Source: a bacterium (GTDB lineage: Bacteria; J088; JAWLBW01). Taken from it: DNA of 64,000 nucleotides. Positions 1 to 9,463 of the stretch are shown here, piece by piece. Within the stretch, counting starts at the first letter, position 1, and the number at the start of each line of letters is the position of its first letter. Position numbers and translations under genes: made by a program. Under the pieces are notes generated by a model. It did not search any database. It was not told the origin of the DNA and was given only the letters and a program-made list of their open reading frames with translations. The stretch covers positions 1 through 64,000 of the forward strand of contig JAWLHK010000010.1 in assembly GCA_041690355.1 (NCBI GenBank), given 5' to 3'.

Positions 1-2508
1 GTCGATAAAAACCGGATTAAAGGCGTCAACGGTCGACAAATAGAATTTCGCCACACCGGTCTCGCCCCAAGTGTAATACACGTGCTGATCGTCAACGTAG
101 CCCACGCGTATCCCGGCCACATACGGAACCCCTTCGGTCCCCCTCGTTGCTGGGTTCAACGCAAAGACCACCGGCGAGAACGATACCGTATTCGACACGG
201 AGCAAAGCCCGCTCAGGCAGGCACGTACGCGGTAAACGTACCCTTCGGCCGGGTCGAGAGCCGCATCCATATAGCTGACTAGTGTCGTGGTGCCGATAGG
301 TTCAAAGTTGGCCGGCGTCGATTGGGTAGCCCGCTCGATGATGTACGAGTCGGTGCCCGCGACTATATCCCAGTCAATCTGATTGCCTGTGCGCGTTTCA
401 GAGAATTTCCGGAGCGCAAAGTCGCCCGACGTCTCCCCGATGAAGACGGAAGATACCGTGACGGTGTAGAGCATCTGCGTCATGTTCCGCCCGTCCGAAA
501 CCGACGCTTTAAGGGCGTGCGGGCCGTTGGTCGTAAACGTGACCGGCACCGATGCACCGCCCGTTCCGCTGAAGACCGTCGTGCCGTCAACCATGAGAGT
601 GACAGTCATGGCGTCACCGTTCGGGTCCAAGGCGGTCACGGTGTAGACCTCCGTATCCCCGAGGCTTACCTCGCGCGGTCCGGATAGTTTGACGACGGGT
701 GCGGGGTTGCTCACGGTGAACTTCTGCGCGACTCGCCGGACGTGGCCGGCGCTGTCGGTAGCGTCAATCGTCAACTCATACACGCCGGTTTTCTCAGGCG
801 CCTGCCACGTACCGCTTACCGTGAACACGCCGTCTTCATAGGCGCTGGTGGAATCCAGCGATCCGGACGGAATGGCGACATCGGCCGTCAGCGCTTCGGA
901 GTCGTCTTTGATTGTCACCGTGAAGTTCACGGTCGTGCCGGACCATGGGGCCGTCGTAGAAAAAGCCTTCGACAGAACGACAGGCGGCTGATCGATGGCG
1001 CCGGTACTCACGAAGTTGACTTTGCTTTCGGCTTCGTTTCGCGTGACCGGCTGCGGCTCGAAACCCCAGATCTTGTCGCCGGCGACAAAGTCGATGACGT
1101 TCACGTCGAGGGTGAGATTGTACTTCTCGGACCATGGAACGTGGTCGAAGCCGTAGTAACCTTCGGGATTCGTCTTCGCGGCCTGCCCGGTTTCAGAAAT
1201 GTACACCGACGCGCCAGAGAGTGGATTGCCTTTGTCATTGGTGACCCGCCCGTGCACGACACCCTGTTTGATGCCAATGTCATCGCTGGTGCGTTTGATG
1301 ACCTTACAGTGTTTGGCCGGATCGAGTACGGCACCGTCGGGCCCTTCGTCGCGAACGCCGCTGCCCTTCGTATCGGGAAGCCTGTACACGCTGGTTTCAG
1401 AATCGCCGTCGGCCACGTCCTTGGGCGAAAACGCCTCCGTCAGGGCGGCGGAGGGAATTCCGTTTTGCTCCACGTAAAGCTTGACCGGATGGCCCTTCCA
1501 ACCGGTAAGGACCACGTAGTCGTCGAACACGAGCGGCTTCGTTTCACTGCGCCCGGCGTAGTCTTCGCCGCGTAGATGGAGGGTGATGCCCGACGCATCC
1601 GAAAAGTCGTCCGAGGAATCGACGTAGACCGCCAGGCAGGCGTGCTCTTCCAGCGGACGATCGAGATTCCACCAGGTGAAGTGATTGACGTCCCACTGGG
1701 CGAGCCATATGCCGTTCTGTTGGGCCAACGTGGCCTGACCTTCTTCCTTCCAGATACCGGTATCGATATCGAGCCACCACGTGGGGATGACCGTCGTGCC
1801 GGTAATGTCGTCGGGGTTCACGCCGGTCGCGAGAGCGAACTGGATACTGGCGGGTTCCTTCAGTTTTCCGTTCGATAGTAAGGCGCCGTCTTTGGAGAAG
1901 CTTACGTCGAGCGTGCCGAAAGTGCGTAGCAGTTCTTGCGCGGAGTTCGCGTCAGCGGTCTGGGCTTGGAAGGTACCTGGGAACCGGTTGAACTCCTCTT
2001 CGATTTGCGGGCGCACCAGGGTTAATGTGGCGGTGACCGTTTCGTGGGTTGTCTCGATGGCCGACGCAGGAATGACGACGCTCGCGTCGGGAACGCCGTT
2101 CCCGTCTTCGTCGTAGACGAGAATGCTTTCTTCCGCGACGGTGATCTCTTGCACCAGTTGCGCGGCGCTCAGCTCCGAGCGGATGAACCGCGAGCGCGTG
2201 TCGATGGTCTTCGAATACGGAGCATACCCCTCTTTGTAGACGGCAATCGTCGAGGATTCGAGCGTCTCGGCTTCGAAAGACCAATATCCTTGATCGTCCG
2301 TGCGAACCGTCTTGCCACCGATGCGAACTTCGGCGCCGGCAACGCCGGAGAGTGTTCCGCCGGGTCCTGCCTCAACGACTTGACCACGGCGCTCGTTCCC
2401 AATGTCGACCAAGGCGTTGCCGGTGCTGGTCCCGCCGGGTCCGCAAGCCACCACCATAAATGACATGAGAACCATCGCCACCCAAGAGATCTTTGCGGAC
2501 CTATTCAT
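1..2508 (-). CDS. Large multidomain surface lipoprotein (Ig-like, carboxypeptidase-regulatory-like and FN3-like modules), running off the left edge
   Basis: Not in the ORF track, consistent with no stop in the window. ATG at 2508 gives MNRSAKISWVAMVLMSFMVVACGPGGTSTGN (lipobox VVAC). Internal segments VHGRVTNDKGNPLSGASVYI and YVYRVRAC are beta-sandwich-like. Start overlaps the upstream stop (ATGAATAG). Confidence 0.8.
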   Translation of the reverse strand, partial: MNRSAKISWVAMVLMSFMVVACGPGGTSTGNALVDIGNERRGQVVEAGPGGTLSGVAGAEVRIGGKTVRTDDQGYWSFEAETLESSTIAVYKEGYAPYSKTIDTRSRFIRSELSAAQLVQEITVAEESILVYDEDGNGVPDASVVIPASAIETTHETVTATLTLVRPQIEEEFNRFPGTFQAQTADANSAQELLRTFGTLDVSFSKDGALLSNGKLKEPASIQFALATGVNPDDITGTTVIPTWWLDIDTGIWKEEGQATLAQQNGIWLAQWDVNHFTWWNLDRPLEEHACLAVYVDSSDDFSDASGITLHLRGEDYAGRSETKPLVFDDYVVLTGWKGHPVKLYVEQNGIPSAALTEAFSPKDVADGDSETSVYRLPDTKGSGVRDEGPDGAVLDPAKHCKVIKRTSDDIGIKQGVVHGRVTNDKGNPLSGASVYISETGQAAKTNPEGYYGFDHVPWSEKYNLTLDVNVIDFVAGDKIWGFEPQPVTRNEAESKVNFVSTGAIDQPPVVLSKAFSTTAPWSGTTVNFTVTIKDDSEALTADVAIPSGSLDSTSAYEDGVFTVSGTWQAPEKTGVYELTIDATDSAGHVRRVAQKFTVSNPAPVVKLSGPREVSLGDTEVYTVTALDPNGDAMTVTLMVDGTTVFSGTGGASVPVTFTTNGPHALKASVSDGRNMTQMLYTVTVSSVFIGETSGDFALRKFSETRTGNQIDWDIVAGTDSYIIERATQSTPANFEPIGTTTLVSYMDAALDPAEGYVYRVRACLSGLCSVSNTVSFSPVVFALNPATRGTEGVPYVAGIRVGYVDDQHVYYTWGETGVAKFYLSTVDAFNPVFID

Positions 2509-3367
2509 CGCTCGTCATCCTGTTGTTCGTAAAAGGAATTGCATAGAAGCCGACGTGCATGACTTCGGTAGAAGGCTCATCGCTTTCGTGCAACTCATTT
2601 AGGATTTGCTGCTGTACCTCGCGCAGGCGCGCCAAGATTTTCTGCTTCTGAGAAGACGATACGGCCAAAGTCAGTGTTCCGTACTGCCGTTCTTCAAGCG
2701 GGAGTTCGTCCATGGCGTCAAGCGCGAGGCTCAACGACTGATAGTTGAACTGTCGAACGGCCATGCTCGAGACTTGAGAGGGCGTCACATAGGCGTCACT
2801 TGTCGCCCGAAGCCCGGCTTTCGTCTTTGTCACGAGGCCGAGACGCAGAAGCACCTCCAAGCCGTCTTTCGCTTGCTTTTCAGTAATCGTCGGATAGAGA
2901 GCCTTCGCAATGGCGGCCGCCGTTTGCGGCGCTTCTGGCATCTGCAGAAGCTCTCGAATGGCAACGAGGTACCAGCTTTTCAGATACTCATAGCCGTCGG
3001 TTTCGTCGGAGGCCTGCTCATGGCGCTTTCGGGAGAGCACCATCTTACGCTCATGCCGCGCGCGTACTTTCGTGTCGGCAGCCTGATTGGCGGCGCAGAG
3101 GTGAACAAAGTAGGTTGTCTCGTTGGAGGTCAGCCCCAGGCCTTTTGCAAATTTCAGGGCTGTTTTCGGCGGCAAACCATAGCTCCCGTCGACGACCCGC
3201 TTGAAGGCATTGGGGGCCTTGAGGCCGGCGCGCTGTGCAAAGTTTCGATGGCTGTACGATGCGCGCTTGGACTTGAGGTAGACGAACATGTCTGCGCAAA
3301 ATTCGCGGAAGTCCAGATAGTGAAAGATGACAGGACGCTCGTTCATGGTAGTTCGAGGATACTCCAT
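2501..3367 (-). CDS. TIGR02147 family protein (N-terminal HTH-like region, DUF4423-like C-terminus)
   Basis: IFHYLDFREF, YSHRNFAQRAG, WYLVAIRELL and ERQYGTLTLAVS match this family. Confidence 0.85.
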   Translation of the reverse strand: MEYPRTTMNERPVIFHYLDFREFCADMFVYLKSKRASYSHRNFAQRAGLKAPNAFKRVVDGSYGLPPKTALKFAKGLGLTSNETTYFVHLCAANQAADTKVRARHERKMVLSRKRHEQASDETDGYEYLKSWYLVAIRELLQMPEAPQTAAAIAKALYPTITEKQAKDGLEVLLRLGLVTKTKAGLRATSDAYVTPSQVSSMAVRQFNYQSLSLALDAMDELPLEERQYGTLTLAVSSSQKQKILARLREVQQQILNELHESDEPSTEVMHVGFYAIPFTNNRMTSDE

Positions 3368-3590
3368 GAGGGCCCAGCAGGCAAGAACTTTGCGTATCTA
3401 GCGACGCGGTCTAAATTTGATACTGCGCTCTATAAGTGTGCAGAGTTATTCGGACTTTGCACTGCTCTGCGTATCTTTTCCCGCATCCAGAATCCGTACG
3501 GCAAAGCCAATCACCACGCGATAGGGCTTTCAGGGAGTTCGGGAGCCCTGACCGAGAGAGTAAGGAGCGAAGACGGGGGCGAGCAACCGC

Positions 3591-3950
3591 GTCGCCGTAT
3601 CAACCGCGCTGTCGGCCAAGAATGGCCAGCTGATTCGTGAGCGCGCTTCCTTTAGCGCGGGAGGAAGAGCCAAGCTGTCATCTTCGACAAAACAGCAACG
3701 CTCGCCGAAGGGCGGTTTGGCGCACCGGCACCATTGCCTTTGACGAATCAATGACCGCCGGAATGGTGCTCAACCGGAATGGTGCTCAAGATGACCGCTG
3801 CTGTCGAAGCGCATTCACGGCACCCGATTGCTCAGGGCATCGGCGCCTACGCGCCTGGAGTCAAGCCCGCGGAAATAATCCCGGCAAGGGGCGCGCGGCA
3901 CGGTCGAGGGCCGAGAAATCGTAATGTGTGATGGGGCCGGTGATTTGCGT
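3591..3950 (+). pseudogene. Decayed fragment of a heavy-metal P1B-type ATPase (CopB-like)
   Basis: Across shifting frames: VAVSTALSAKNGQLIRERA, QAVIFDKTATLAEGRFG (DKTGT altered, 3686-3700), AAVEAHSRHPIAQGI (HP motif, 3821), PGKG, GTVEGREI. A 16-bp tandem duplication sits at 3758-3789. Confidence 0.8.
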
Positions 3951-4123
3951 CGCCTCCGGAAGATACGGAGCCGGTGGTGCTCTTCGTCGCGCAGGTTAAG
4001 CCCTGCGCCAAATGACGCGAGCTGGTGCCACCGTCTACGGGCACGGGAATCGGGCGCATCTACATGATCCCTTCAGCAATCCCCTGCCAAAGCGTACCGG
4101 TTTTCAACCGAGCCCCGGCCCCC

Positions 4124-4615
4124 CTACCCGCGCGGAGTCTGCCCGGGCTGCACCGGCTGCACCTGCGTCGCACGCCAGTTCTTCGCGCGCGTCGGGTCTT
4201 CTTCGAGTTCAATCACCACGTTGCTGCCCGGCCGCATCTTGTCTGCCTGCCCGGAGTCGATGGCCACCGTCTCTTCCTGGCCGTCCAGCGTTTCGATCCG
4301 CACCGCATCGTCGGTAACCTGCTTGACCTCACCCACCAGGCGGTCTCCGGCAAACGCACCCTCGATCGGTTCCACCGACTTGGCTTCGAGATCCGGTTGC
4401 GCCTGCACCGCGACGATCTGCCCCTTCTCGAGCTGAGCGAAGATGCGTTCGTCACCCTTCACGGTGATTTTTTCGCCCCCGACCTCGAGTGTGATCTGGT
4501 CCTTTTTGACGTCCGTGACCCTGCCCTCGAAGGTACGGCTCTGCACGGCCAGGGCATTGCCGGCCAGGAGCAGGAGCGCTCCAGACACGATTGTCACGCG
4601 CACTATGTTCAACAT
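4124..4615 (-). CDS. Secreted hypothetical protein with two OB-fold-like repeats
   Basis: Signal peptide ending ALA; internal repeat EGRVTDVKKDQITLE / VGEVKQVTDDAVRIE; GGAG upstream. Confidence 0.7.
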   Translation of the reverse strand: MLNIVRVTIVSGALLLLAGNALAVQSRTFEGRVTDVKKDQITLEVGGEKITVKGDERIFAQLEKGQIVAVQAQPDLEAKSVEPIEGAFAGDRLVGEVKQVTDDAVRIETLDGQEETVAIDSGQADKMRPGSNVVIELEEDPTRAKNWRATQVQPVQPGQTPRG

Positions 4616-4926
4616 CGCAGTCTCCCTTTGTGAAACTTGAGGAGCCGTTTACGCCTCCCAGCGTCAGTTTGCGCCGGATGCTGCCGTCCCTCGACAGCCG
4701 GGGCATGGAGCCTGAGCTCTGCCCCGTCGACGAATCCGCAGACGAAAGGCTCCCTTCTCTCTTGCACCGCGCTTCGGTAAGCGTTACGATTGACCCGCAG
4801 TCTGAGTGCGGCAACGGCCCCGCGTCGAGCGATTTTCGCTTGGGTTTCGCGCAGATGGGCCTGCAGACGGGCTCCGGACCACTCCATCTATGAACCACCG
4901 CGCTGTCGGGAAAATGGGGCACGGCC

Positions 4927-5391
4927 ATGCCGGGTGAACCCGATCACGCGCGCGCGGTCGAACCCTGGATCGAGAGATACGTTCGCGGCCGCCCGCCCGA
5001 ACGGCAGATGCATCTTTTCTGCCTGGCGTTCAACACCCTGTGGCGCCGCGCCAGGCGCACGCTCGGCGAAGTGACCCTGCTTGCCATCGGTGAGCGCGTA
5101 CTCTTCATCGCCGGCGAGCGCTTTGCGGTTCTGGCCGGTCTCAAGCTGTGCGGCGACGGCATCGATTGCACGCGCCCGTACCCCGAAGCCCTCGCAGCCC
5201 CCACGACGGAACGGGAGGCGGCCATCCGTCATACCCTCGTTGAGCTGCTCGGCGTCATCGGCAGCCTCACGGCCGAGATCCTGAGCCCCGCACTGCATGA
5301 GGAGCTCGCCGGGCTCACTCCACCCGACAACGGCACCGAAAACCCGCTTCAGCCGCCGGACGGCCCCGGCCCCGAAGAAGGAACCCCATGA
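4927..5391 (+). CDS. Hypothetical protein, first gene of the KaiC-like operon
   Basis: 154-aa helical ORF whose stop overlaps the KaiC-like start (ATGA at 5388-5391). Confidence 0.7.
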   Translation: MPGEPDHARAVEPWIERYVRGRPPERQMHLFCLAFNTLWRRARRTLGEVTLLAIGERVLFIAGERFAVLAGLKLCGDGIDCTRPYPEALAAPTTEREAAIRHTLVELLGVIGSLTAEILSPALHEELAGLTPPDNGTENPLQPPDGPGPEEGTP

Positions 5392-7547
5392 GTCCCAAGA
5401 ACGATCTCGAACGCATTCCCACCGGTATCGAGACGCTCGATGCGCTGCTTTCGGGTGGCGTGCCGGCCGGCTCGGTCATCGTAGTGGGCGGCCCTCCCGG
5501 ATCGGGCAAGACTGTCCTCACCCAGCAGATCTGCTTTCACAACGCCGCGTCTGAGCGCCCGGTACTCTATCTGAACACGCTCTCGGAACCCACGGCGAAA
5601 ACGCTGCTTCACCTCAGCCAATTCGACTTCTTCGATCCCGGCATCCTCGCCCGCAACCTGATTCACTTCATTGATATCGGGGGCACGCTGCACGAGGAGG
5701 GGCTCGAGAAGACGTCCGCGCGAATCGCAGAGTATCTCAAGGCAATCCGGCCGGGCATCATCGTCATCGACAGCTTCAAGGTCTTCGACGACCTCGCGCA
5801 GAGCAACGCGGATCTGCGCCGGTTCGCCTACGGCCTGGCCGTCAATCTCATGGCGTGGCAGACGACGACCTTCCTGCTCGGCGAGTTCAGCCCGCAGGAT
5901 ATCGCGACCAACCCCGTCTTCTCCATCGTCGACGGTCTTTTCGTCCTGTCGCAACGCCAGGAGTCCGGAGAGCAGCAGCGCTTTCTGCAGGTCGTGAAGA
6001 TGCGCGGCACCGATCACAGCCGCAACGAACACGCCTTTGAGATCACCCGCCGCGGTATCGACCTATTCGCCCCCCGGCTTACGGCGCGCCGCGTGGCGTC
6101 GGCCGACCTGACGCCCACCCGCAGAATGAAAACCGGCATCTCGAAACTCGACGAGCTGCTCGGAGACGGCATCCCGCTCGGTTCGAGCCTGCTCGTCGGC
6201 GGCGTCGCCGGCACGGGCAAGACCGTGCTTCTGCTCGAATTTCTCTATCGGGGGGCCCTCGCCGGCGAAAAGGGCATTCTCTTTTCGTTCGAAGAGACCG
6301 AGGAGCGGCTCCGCGCCGCCGCCGCCGGCCTGGGCTGGGAGTTCGACCGCATGCTCGACAGCGGCATGATTGAAATCGTCTTCATCCCGCAGCCTGAGAT
6401 CGCCGTCGAGAAGCATTTGACGATGATCCAGCGCCGAATCGAGGCGGCGGGCGCAGTCCGCGTCGCCATGGATTCGGTCTCGGTGTTTCTCCACAAGGTC
6501 AGGGACCCCGAAAAGAGTCGCGAGCTCGTTTTCGAAATCGCCAGCCTGATACAGAATGCACAGGCGGTCGGCTTTCTTGCGACCGACATTCCCTACGGCA
6601 GCGACCACCTGAGCCGGGTCGGGGTCGAAGAGACCGTGGTCGACGGCGTGATTCTTCTCTCGGCGAACGAAGAGGGGCTCGAGCGCAAGCGGTACCTCGA
6701 GGTCTATAAGCTGCGGAACACGGCGCACCTCAAGGGTCGCCACGACATGACGATCGAGCAGGGGGGGATGCGGATCTACCCCCGCTATTACGCATCGGAA
6801 CTTCTGAACGAGCCGCCCCCCGCGCTCAACCCTGCGCGGCGGATGTCGACGGGGGTCCCGACCCTCGACCCGCTTCTCGGCGGCGGCGTCTTCGAGCGAA
6901 GCGTCACCCTAGTCTCGGGAAGCGCCGGTATCGGAAAATCGACGCTGGGGGTCCATTTTGTCATCGAGGGAGCACGGCAGAAGGAGCCGGGGCTCTTCGT
7001 TGCGCTGGAAGAAGGTCCCGGTCAGATTATCAGTGCTGCCGAGTCGCTCGGACTTCCGCTGCAGGCGGCCGTCGATTCGGGTTCGGTAGAGGTGATGTAC
7101 CTGTCGCGCAAAACCGTGCGGGCCAACCAGCTGCTCTCGGTGGTCGCCGACCGTATCGAGGCAACCGGCGCGCGCCGCCTCGTTCTCGACAGCGTGGGCC
7201 AGATCATGACCGAGGGGATGCATCCCGAAGACCTGCGCCAGATGCTCATCGGGCTGACGGCACGGTTGAAGACTCTCGGCGTGACGACGCTGCTCACGCT
7301 CGAGGCCCATTCGCTGCACTCGTCGGAGTGGGCGACCGAAGAAGGGTTCTCGCCGATTTCAGACAACCTGATCATGCTGCGCTATCAACCGACCGCCGCC
7401 GCGTTTCGACCCTATCTTGCCGTCGTGAAGACGAGGGGCAGCGCGCACGACACACGGAAGTATGCGTTCGGCATTGGGGAAGGGGGCGCTCGGGTGGGCG
7501 ACCCATTGTCGGACCTGCAATCCGAGGACGGGAAGACTCGCCCATGA
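5388..7547 (+). CDS. KaiC/RAD55-like ATPase with three tandem RecA-fold domains
   Basis: Three TG-x-x-x-LD-x-LL starts, three Walker A motifs (GPPGSGKT, GVAGTGKT, GSAGIGKS), three Walker B-like motifs (IDS, MDS, LDS) and three KxR fingers (KMR, KLR, KTR). Confidence 0.92.
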   Translation: MSPKNDLERIPTGIETLDALLSGGVPAGSVIVVGGPPGSGKTVLTQQICFHNAASERPVLYLNTLSEPTAKTLLHLSQFDFFDPGILARNLIHFIDIGGTLHEEGLEKTSARIAEYLKAIRPGIIVIDSFKVFDDLAQSNADLRRFAYGLAVNLMAWQTTTFLLGEFSPQDIATNPVFSIVDGLFVLSQRQESGEQQRFLQVVKMRGTDHSRNEHAFEITRRGIDLFAPRLTARRVASADLTPTRRMKTGISKLDELLGDGIPLGSSLLVGGVAGTGKTVLLLEFLYRGALAGEKGILFSFEETEERLRAAAAGLGWEFDRMLDSGMIEIVFIPQPEIAVEKHLTMIQRRIEAAGAVRVAMDSVSVFLHKVRDPEKSRELVFEIASLIQNAQAVGFLATDIPYGSDHLSRVGVEETVVDGVILLSANEEGLERKRYLEVYKLRNTAHLKGRHDMTIEQGGMRIYPRYYASELLNEPPPALNPARRMSTGVPTLDPLLGGGVFERSVTLVSGSAGIGKSTLGVHFVIEGARQKEPGLFVALEEGPGQIISAAESLGLPLQAAVDSGSVEVMYLSRKTVRANQLLSVVADRIEATGARRLVLDSVGQIMTEGMHPEDLRQMLIGLTARLKTLGVTTLLTLEAHSLHSSEWATEEGFSPISDNLIMLRYQPTAAAFRPYLAVVKTRGSAHDTRKYAFGIGEGGARVGDPLSDLQSEDGKTRP

Positions 7548-8842
7548 CCGCGCGGGAGCCCGGCGTGGATGGTAGTCGGGAACCCGGGCGGGACACTCAT
7601 ACTGCCCGCGGAGCGGGCGCAGACAAGAGCCTCGAGCACACGGCGCGGCTGCGCAATCTGCTCGACATCAGCATCGCCCTCACCAGCTACGAAAGCCCCG
7701 AAGAAACGATCCCGCGCGTTCTCGAGCTGTTCGCCGAAACGCTTGCGGTACGGACGGCGGTCGCCCTCCTGGAGCCGGGCCAGAGGTACGCCTGGCGCGC
7801 TCCGAATGTCGCGGACGTCGTTCTGGCAGAAGACGTGGCCCGCGCCGAAGAGACCTTCCGCTACCTTTCCCGGGTGCCCACCGAGACCATGGATCGCACC
7901 GGCCCCCTCGCCCCCGAAGGAAGCGCCGAACGAATCACCCTCCCCATCGCGACGCGCAAGGAACTCGCATTCGGCCTGGTTCAGGTGACCGGTTTCCGCT
8001 TTGACGAGCCCGATCTGCTGTATCTGAGCGCCGCGATCAATCAGCTGTCCCTGGCTGTCAGCCGCGACCGGCAGATGCGGGCGCGGCAGACGGAAAGCGA
8101 AGAAAAGCTCTCGGTATCGGAGAAACATCGCGACCTGGCCGATACCGCGCGACAGGAGGCCGAGCGGGCGAAGCGGCTTCAGGAAGATCTCCTCTCGGTG
8201 GTCTCGCACGATCTCAAGAACCCGCTGACCTCCATCCTGCTGGGCAGCGAACTCCTGCTCGAGGGTGAAAAGCTCGGCGAACGCGAGAAGGCAGCCGCCG
8301 CAAACATCCACCATTCGGCAGAACGAATGCAGCGCCTGGTCAACGATCTGCTGGATTGGGCACGGATCAGCCTCGGCCGAGTCGCCGTGTCGAGAAGCCG
8401 CTGCCGGGTCACCGATCTCGTGCGGGATGCCGTAGACATGATGACGCCGATTTCGCGCCGCCACGGCATCGATCTGAAAGCCGACGTAGCCGGCGGCGAT
8501 GCGATAGTCGTCTGCGATCCGGACCGCATTCTCCAGGTCTTTTCGAATCTGCTCGGCAACGCGGTCAAGTTCACGCCGCCGGGCGGCGAGGTCACCATCC
8601 GCACGGAAACCCTTCCGTCAGAAACCGCCTTTTCGGTGACCGATACCGGGCCGGGCATCGCGCCGGAGTCGCTGCCCCTCGTGTTTGACCGGTTCTGGCA
8701 GGGAGAGACCGGCGCCCGCAAAGGCGCCGGCCTGGGGCTGGCCATTGCAAAAGGCATCGTCGAGGCGCATGGCGGGCGCCTCTCGGTCACGAGCGAACCC
8801 GGTCGGGGGAGCACCTTCACGTTCACGGTTCCGCGCGGTTGA
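7544..8842 (+). CDS. Sensor histidine kinase (GAF-like, HisKA, HATPase)
   Basis: H box SHDLKNPL, N box NLLGNAVKFT, DTGPGI, GAGLGLAI. ATG at 7544 overlaps the KaiC-like stop. Confidence 0.92.
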   Translation: MTAREPGVDGSREPGRDTHTARGAGADKSLEHTARLRNLLDISIALTSYESPEETIPRVLELFAETLAVRTAVALLEPGQRYAWRAPNVADVVLAEDVARAEETFRYLSRVPTETMDRTGPLAPEGSAERITLPIATRKELAFGLVQVTGFRFDEPDLLYLSAAINQLSLAVSRDRQMRARQTESEEKLSVSEKHRDLADTARQEAERAKRLQEDLLSVVSHDLKNPLTSILLGSELLLEGEKLGEREKAAAANIHHSAERMQRLVNDLLDWARISLGRVAVSRSRCRVTDLVRDAVDMMTPISRRHGIDLKADVAGGDAIVVCDPDRILQVFSNLLGNAVKFTPPGGEVTIRTETLPSETAFSVTDTGPGIAPESLPLVFDRFWQGETGARKGAGLGLAIAKGIVEAHGGRLSVTSEPGRGSTFTFTVPRG

Positions 8843-8951
8843 GTCTCTCTTTGCGGAAAGCCGCCGCGCTGAGCATCAGGCCGAGTCGCCCGCGAACGCA
8901 TGGTCACGTGTTTCCGGGCCGCGGCCCCCGACGTTGCATTTCCTCGCGTCG

Positions 8952-9230
8952 TCAGTCTGCGAGGGGACCTTCCTGCTGGCCTCGCTCGTGGTCGCGTTGT
9001 TCCTTTCGGCGCCGGCTGCCTGTTGCGCTTTTTTGCGGAGGCAGGTCCACGCCGGCGCGGCGAGCTTTCGAATAGCCGATCGCAATGGCCTGACGGGGAT
9101 TCTTGACGCCGTGCTTTCCCTCTTTGACGTGCTCGATCTCTTCTTTTAGGAACTCTCCCGCCTGGGTACTCGGCGCCTTGCCTTCTTGCTTGTCCTTCCG
9201 TGCCCGCTCGATGGTCTTTTTCTCCGGCAT
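8952..9230 (-). CDS. Small basic DUF6496-like protein, possibly truncated
   Basis: GKAPSTQAGEF..EEIEHVKEGKHG..QAIAIGYSKARRAG is typical of the family; GGAGG upstream. Confidence 0.7.
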   Translation of the reverse strand: MPEKKTIERARKDKQEGKAPSTQAGEFLKEEIEHVKEGKHGVKNPRQAIAIGYSKARRAGVDLPPQKSATGSRRRKEQRDHERGQQEGPLAD

Positions 9231-9463
9231 ACGATTTCCCCTCCCGAAGCATCGGTTCCATCACAGGATCACAGAGTTTCCTTGACGCCGTGATAACGAG
9301 CGGTGGGACCGACAAGGGGACAGAATGAAATGATGGTCAACAAAGCCGGCCCTAAAGGAGGAAGCGCAGTTCCATTCATTCCCAGTGACTGATTAACAAT
9401 TGAAGTCATGTGACTACAATCTGTAGTCAGTCGAAAACCTTTCGCAAAACCCGACCAGACACC

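Noticed and set aside
3989-4008. tRNA T-arm-like hairpin GCGCAGG-TTAAGC-CCTGCGC
   Set aside because: No cloverleaf or acceptor stem around it, and the loop is not TTCRA.
5388-7547. A true circadian clock kaiC
   Set aside because: No kaiA or kaiB nearby, three domains rather than two, and no intact ST phosphosite pair, so no gene symbol was assigned.
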